From Candidatus Zixiibacteriota bacterium (lineage in GTDB: Bacteria; Zixibacteria; MSB-5A5; UBA10806; 4484-95), in assembly GCA_029932605.1 (NCBI GenBank), contig JAOZPT010000050.1:1-18649 (forward strand): 18,649 bases of DNA, read 5' to 3'. The notes under the pieces were generated by a model. The model did not search any database, had not been told where the DNA came from, and saw nothing but the letters and a program-made list of their open reading frames with translations. This document shows, piece by piece, positions 16,930 to 18,649 of the stretch. How positions within the stretch are numbered: position 1 is the stretch's first letter; each line of letters starts with the position of its first letter. Position numbers and translations under genes: made by a program.

Positions 16930-17610
16930 TTAATGCGTTAAAGCGTAGGTTACGATATTAACACCCATTTTCAAAGCCTCCAGATGCTTTTCCGGTGGAT
17001 CATGATAAACCTCATAGTCTTCCCAGCCGTCACCGATATCGCTCTCATAGGCGAAAAACACTACAAGTTTATCCTCCCAGAAAATGCCGAATCCCTGGGG
17101 TGGTTTTTTATCATGCTCGTGGATTTTTGGCAGGCCGTTAGGAAATTCATATCGACAATGATAAATCTCGTGGCTGAAGGGTAACTCGACCAGCTTCTTT
17201 TCGGGAAAAACCCGCTTCATCTCCCGGCGAAAAGCGGCGGCCAAACCATAGCTATCGTTGGCAAAAAGGAATCCACCCGAGGTAAGATATTGCCGCAGAG
17301 CTGAAACCTCCTGCTCGGTGAACTTTATATTTCCATGGCCGGTCAAGAATAAAAATGGATAATTGTAAAGCTCCGGATCGGTTGCTCGAATATTGACCTC
17401 TTTATCAACCACAGCGATATCGGTGTTTTCAGCTATGAACCTGTGAAGATTGGGGATAGCTGACCGTCCCCAGTACCAGTTACCACCACCACCATAACGA
17501 AGGCGAGCAATTGTTAAAGCCGACGGGTCGGTTAATACATCCCTAAACTGGCCAATCCCGGTACCAGTAAAAATCAGAATCAACAATAAGATCAGGCGAA
17601 GTTTTTTCAT
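16930..17610 (-). CDS. DUF4159 domain-containing exported protein
   Basis: Signal-like N-terminus, IARLRYGGGGNWY, YPFLFLTGHGNIKF, LRQYL.SGGFL, LPKIHEHD, SDIGDGWED, ALKMGVNI. Confidence 0.9.
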   Translation of the reverse strand: MKKLRLILLLILIFTGTGIGQFRDVLTDPSALTIARLRYGGGGNWYWGRSAIPNLHRFIAENTDIAVVDKEVNIRATDPELYNYPFLFLTGHGNIKFTEQEVSALRQYLTSGGFLFANDSYGLAAAFRREMKRVFPEKKLVELPFSHEIYHCRYEFPNGLPKIHEHDKKPPQGFGIFWEDKLVVFFAYESDIGDGWEDYEVYHDPPEKHLEALKMGVNIVTYALTH

Positions 17611-17677
17611 TATTTACTATTACGTCCCAGAAGCTTAATTGTTTACATGGACACCTTTAAATTATATGTCCTCGTTT

Positions 17678-17705
17678 AATATAAATCGGTTTGTATTTAT
17701 GTCAA
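17678..17705 (-). promoter_or_regulatory. sigma70 promoter of the DUF4159-DUF4175-TPR operon
   Basis: TTGACA (17705-17700), 16-bp spacer, TATATT (17683-17678). Confidence 0.65.
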
Positions 17706-17803
17706 CAATAATCGGAACATGGGTTTTTCAAGTTGCTAAATGGCGCTCGGTAACCAGAGGGAGAGTGAGCTATAGCTATAAAATATAAAGGACAGAACAC
17801 TGG

Positions 17804-18404
17804 AAACTATCTCAATACTATTTATACTGATATTTTGATATGGTAAACTCCGGATACTAAGATTAAACAGTTGGAGCAGGCGGAAGAAAACGAGCGGGGA
17901 GATTACTGTTTACCGAAAGAGCTCCAGGATTCAAAGAAGCATCGTGAGAAGATAAAGGAAGTACTTGATGAGCTTGACAGGGTTGAGCGTAAATATCTTC
18001 ACCCGAATGATCGTGATGCCCGGTTGATGAAATGTGACGGGAGGCTCAATTTTGCGTTTGATGCACAAGTGGTGGTAGATGATAAGAGCGGATTGATAGT
18101 TGCTGGGGATGTTGTTAATGATGAGATAGACACTGGGCGGTTAGTGCCGATGATCAAAAAGGTGGAACGCTTAAAAACTCAATGGCCTATGATATATACC
18201 GCCTTCAATCTCTGCAAGCTCCATAATTATTGGGTTGAAGGGATATTGGTGATAGTATAAGATCAAGAGTTGGCCAAGCTAACCAGTTTGAAAAACCAAA
18301 ATATCGCAAAAAATGGAGTATCTATAGAAAATGAATGAAAATCTCTTGATTCAAAAACAAAAAACATGTATTAGCTGTTTATACAATTAGTTTTGAGACA
18401 GTTT
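17804..18404 (+). mobile_element. Internally deleted IS1182-family element (MITE-like relic, about 600 bp)
   Basis: Terminal inverted repeats AAACTATCTCAATACTATTTATA (17804-17826) and the reverse complement of 18382-18404, AAACTGTCTCAAAACTAATTGTA (19/23 identical), enclose a transposase fragment. Confidence 0.8.
17871..18260 (+). pseudogene. IS1182-family transposase fragment
   Basis: D.DARLMK......F.AQ.VVD...GLIVA.DV.....D...L.PMI resembles the IS1182 core. It is joined at ~18167 to the C-terminal QW.....AFNL.KL motif. The N-terminal region and the DDE-bearing segments are absent. Confidence 0.8.
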
Positions 18405-18562
18405 TATAACCTCTGCTCTTCCAATTACTTTTAAGGACTTTCCCTAAATAATTGAGATAAATTTTCATAGTTAATTTATTTCAACAAGTTGCCCCGCCTA
18501 TGTGGATGGAAATTATGTTTTATACAAATAATTAGCGTAATATACTTTTCCAATCCTTAATG

Positions 18563-18604
18563 GCTGGAGCTTTCAAGCCCCAGCGCAGGCCTGGAAAGAC
18601 CCGC
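18563..18604. repeat. GC-rich twin hairpin (REP-like)
   Basis: GCTGGAGCTT-TC-AAGCCCCAGC (9/10 pairs) is directly followed by GCAGGCCT-GGAA-AGACCCGC (6/8 pairs), in otherwise AT-rich DNA. Confidence 0.5.
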
Positions 18605-18649
18605 TTATTGATTCTTGGGTATGAACAAAATTTTTGAGGAAATTCCAAT

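Noticed and set aside
12888..17184. Nested ORFs inside the TPR, DUF4175 and DUF4159 genes
   Set aside because: Shadows of low-complexity Q/M/K-rich coding sequence with no independent support.
17750..18428. Target-site duplication or palindromic target around the IS1182 relic
   Set aside because: Immediate flanks (CTGG and TATA) differ, and the outer GA-rich/CT-rich complementarity is too loose to call.

Overview
Low-GC bacterial chromosomal window, mostly core genes. The gene set and tmRNA tag suggest an FCB-group lineage such as Zixibacteria or Ignavibacteria (inference only). From left to right: (1) a complete tmRNA gene (ssrA, minus strand, tag GNDYSYALAA) with a near-consensus sigma70 promoter, a boxA-like leader and a GC-shifted 3' flank that may be the edge of an integrated element; (2) a minus-strand operon of B12-radical SAM/DUF2344 fusion, rsmB, kinase-less PASTA protein and rpe; (3) a divergent plus-strand operon of ABC exporter half, Nudix hydrolase, second ABC exporter half and suhB-type inositol monophosphatase; (4) a small 2-TM protein behind an IHF site and a sigma28-type promoter with tandem repeats; (5) a convergent envelope operon of DUF4159, DUF4175-like giant coiled-coil membrane protein and exported TPR protein; (6) an approximately 600-bp internally deleted IS1182-family relic that keeps both inverted repeats, followed by a REP-like twin hairpin. 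The best candidates for undescribed biology are the DUF4159/DUF4175/TPR module lacking MoxR, the Nudix gene inside the heterodimeric ABC exporter locus, the radical SAM-DUF2344/rsmB coupling and the sigma28-driven small membrane protein. All family assignments come from motif recognition by eye; no searches were run.
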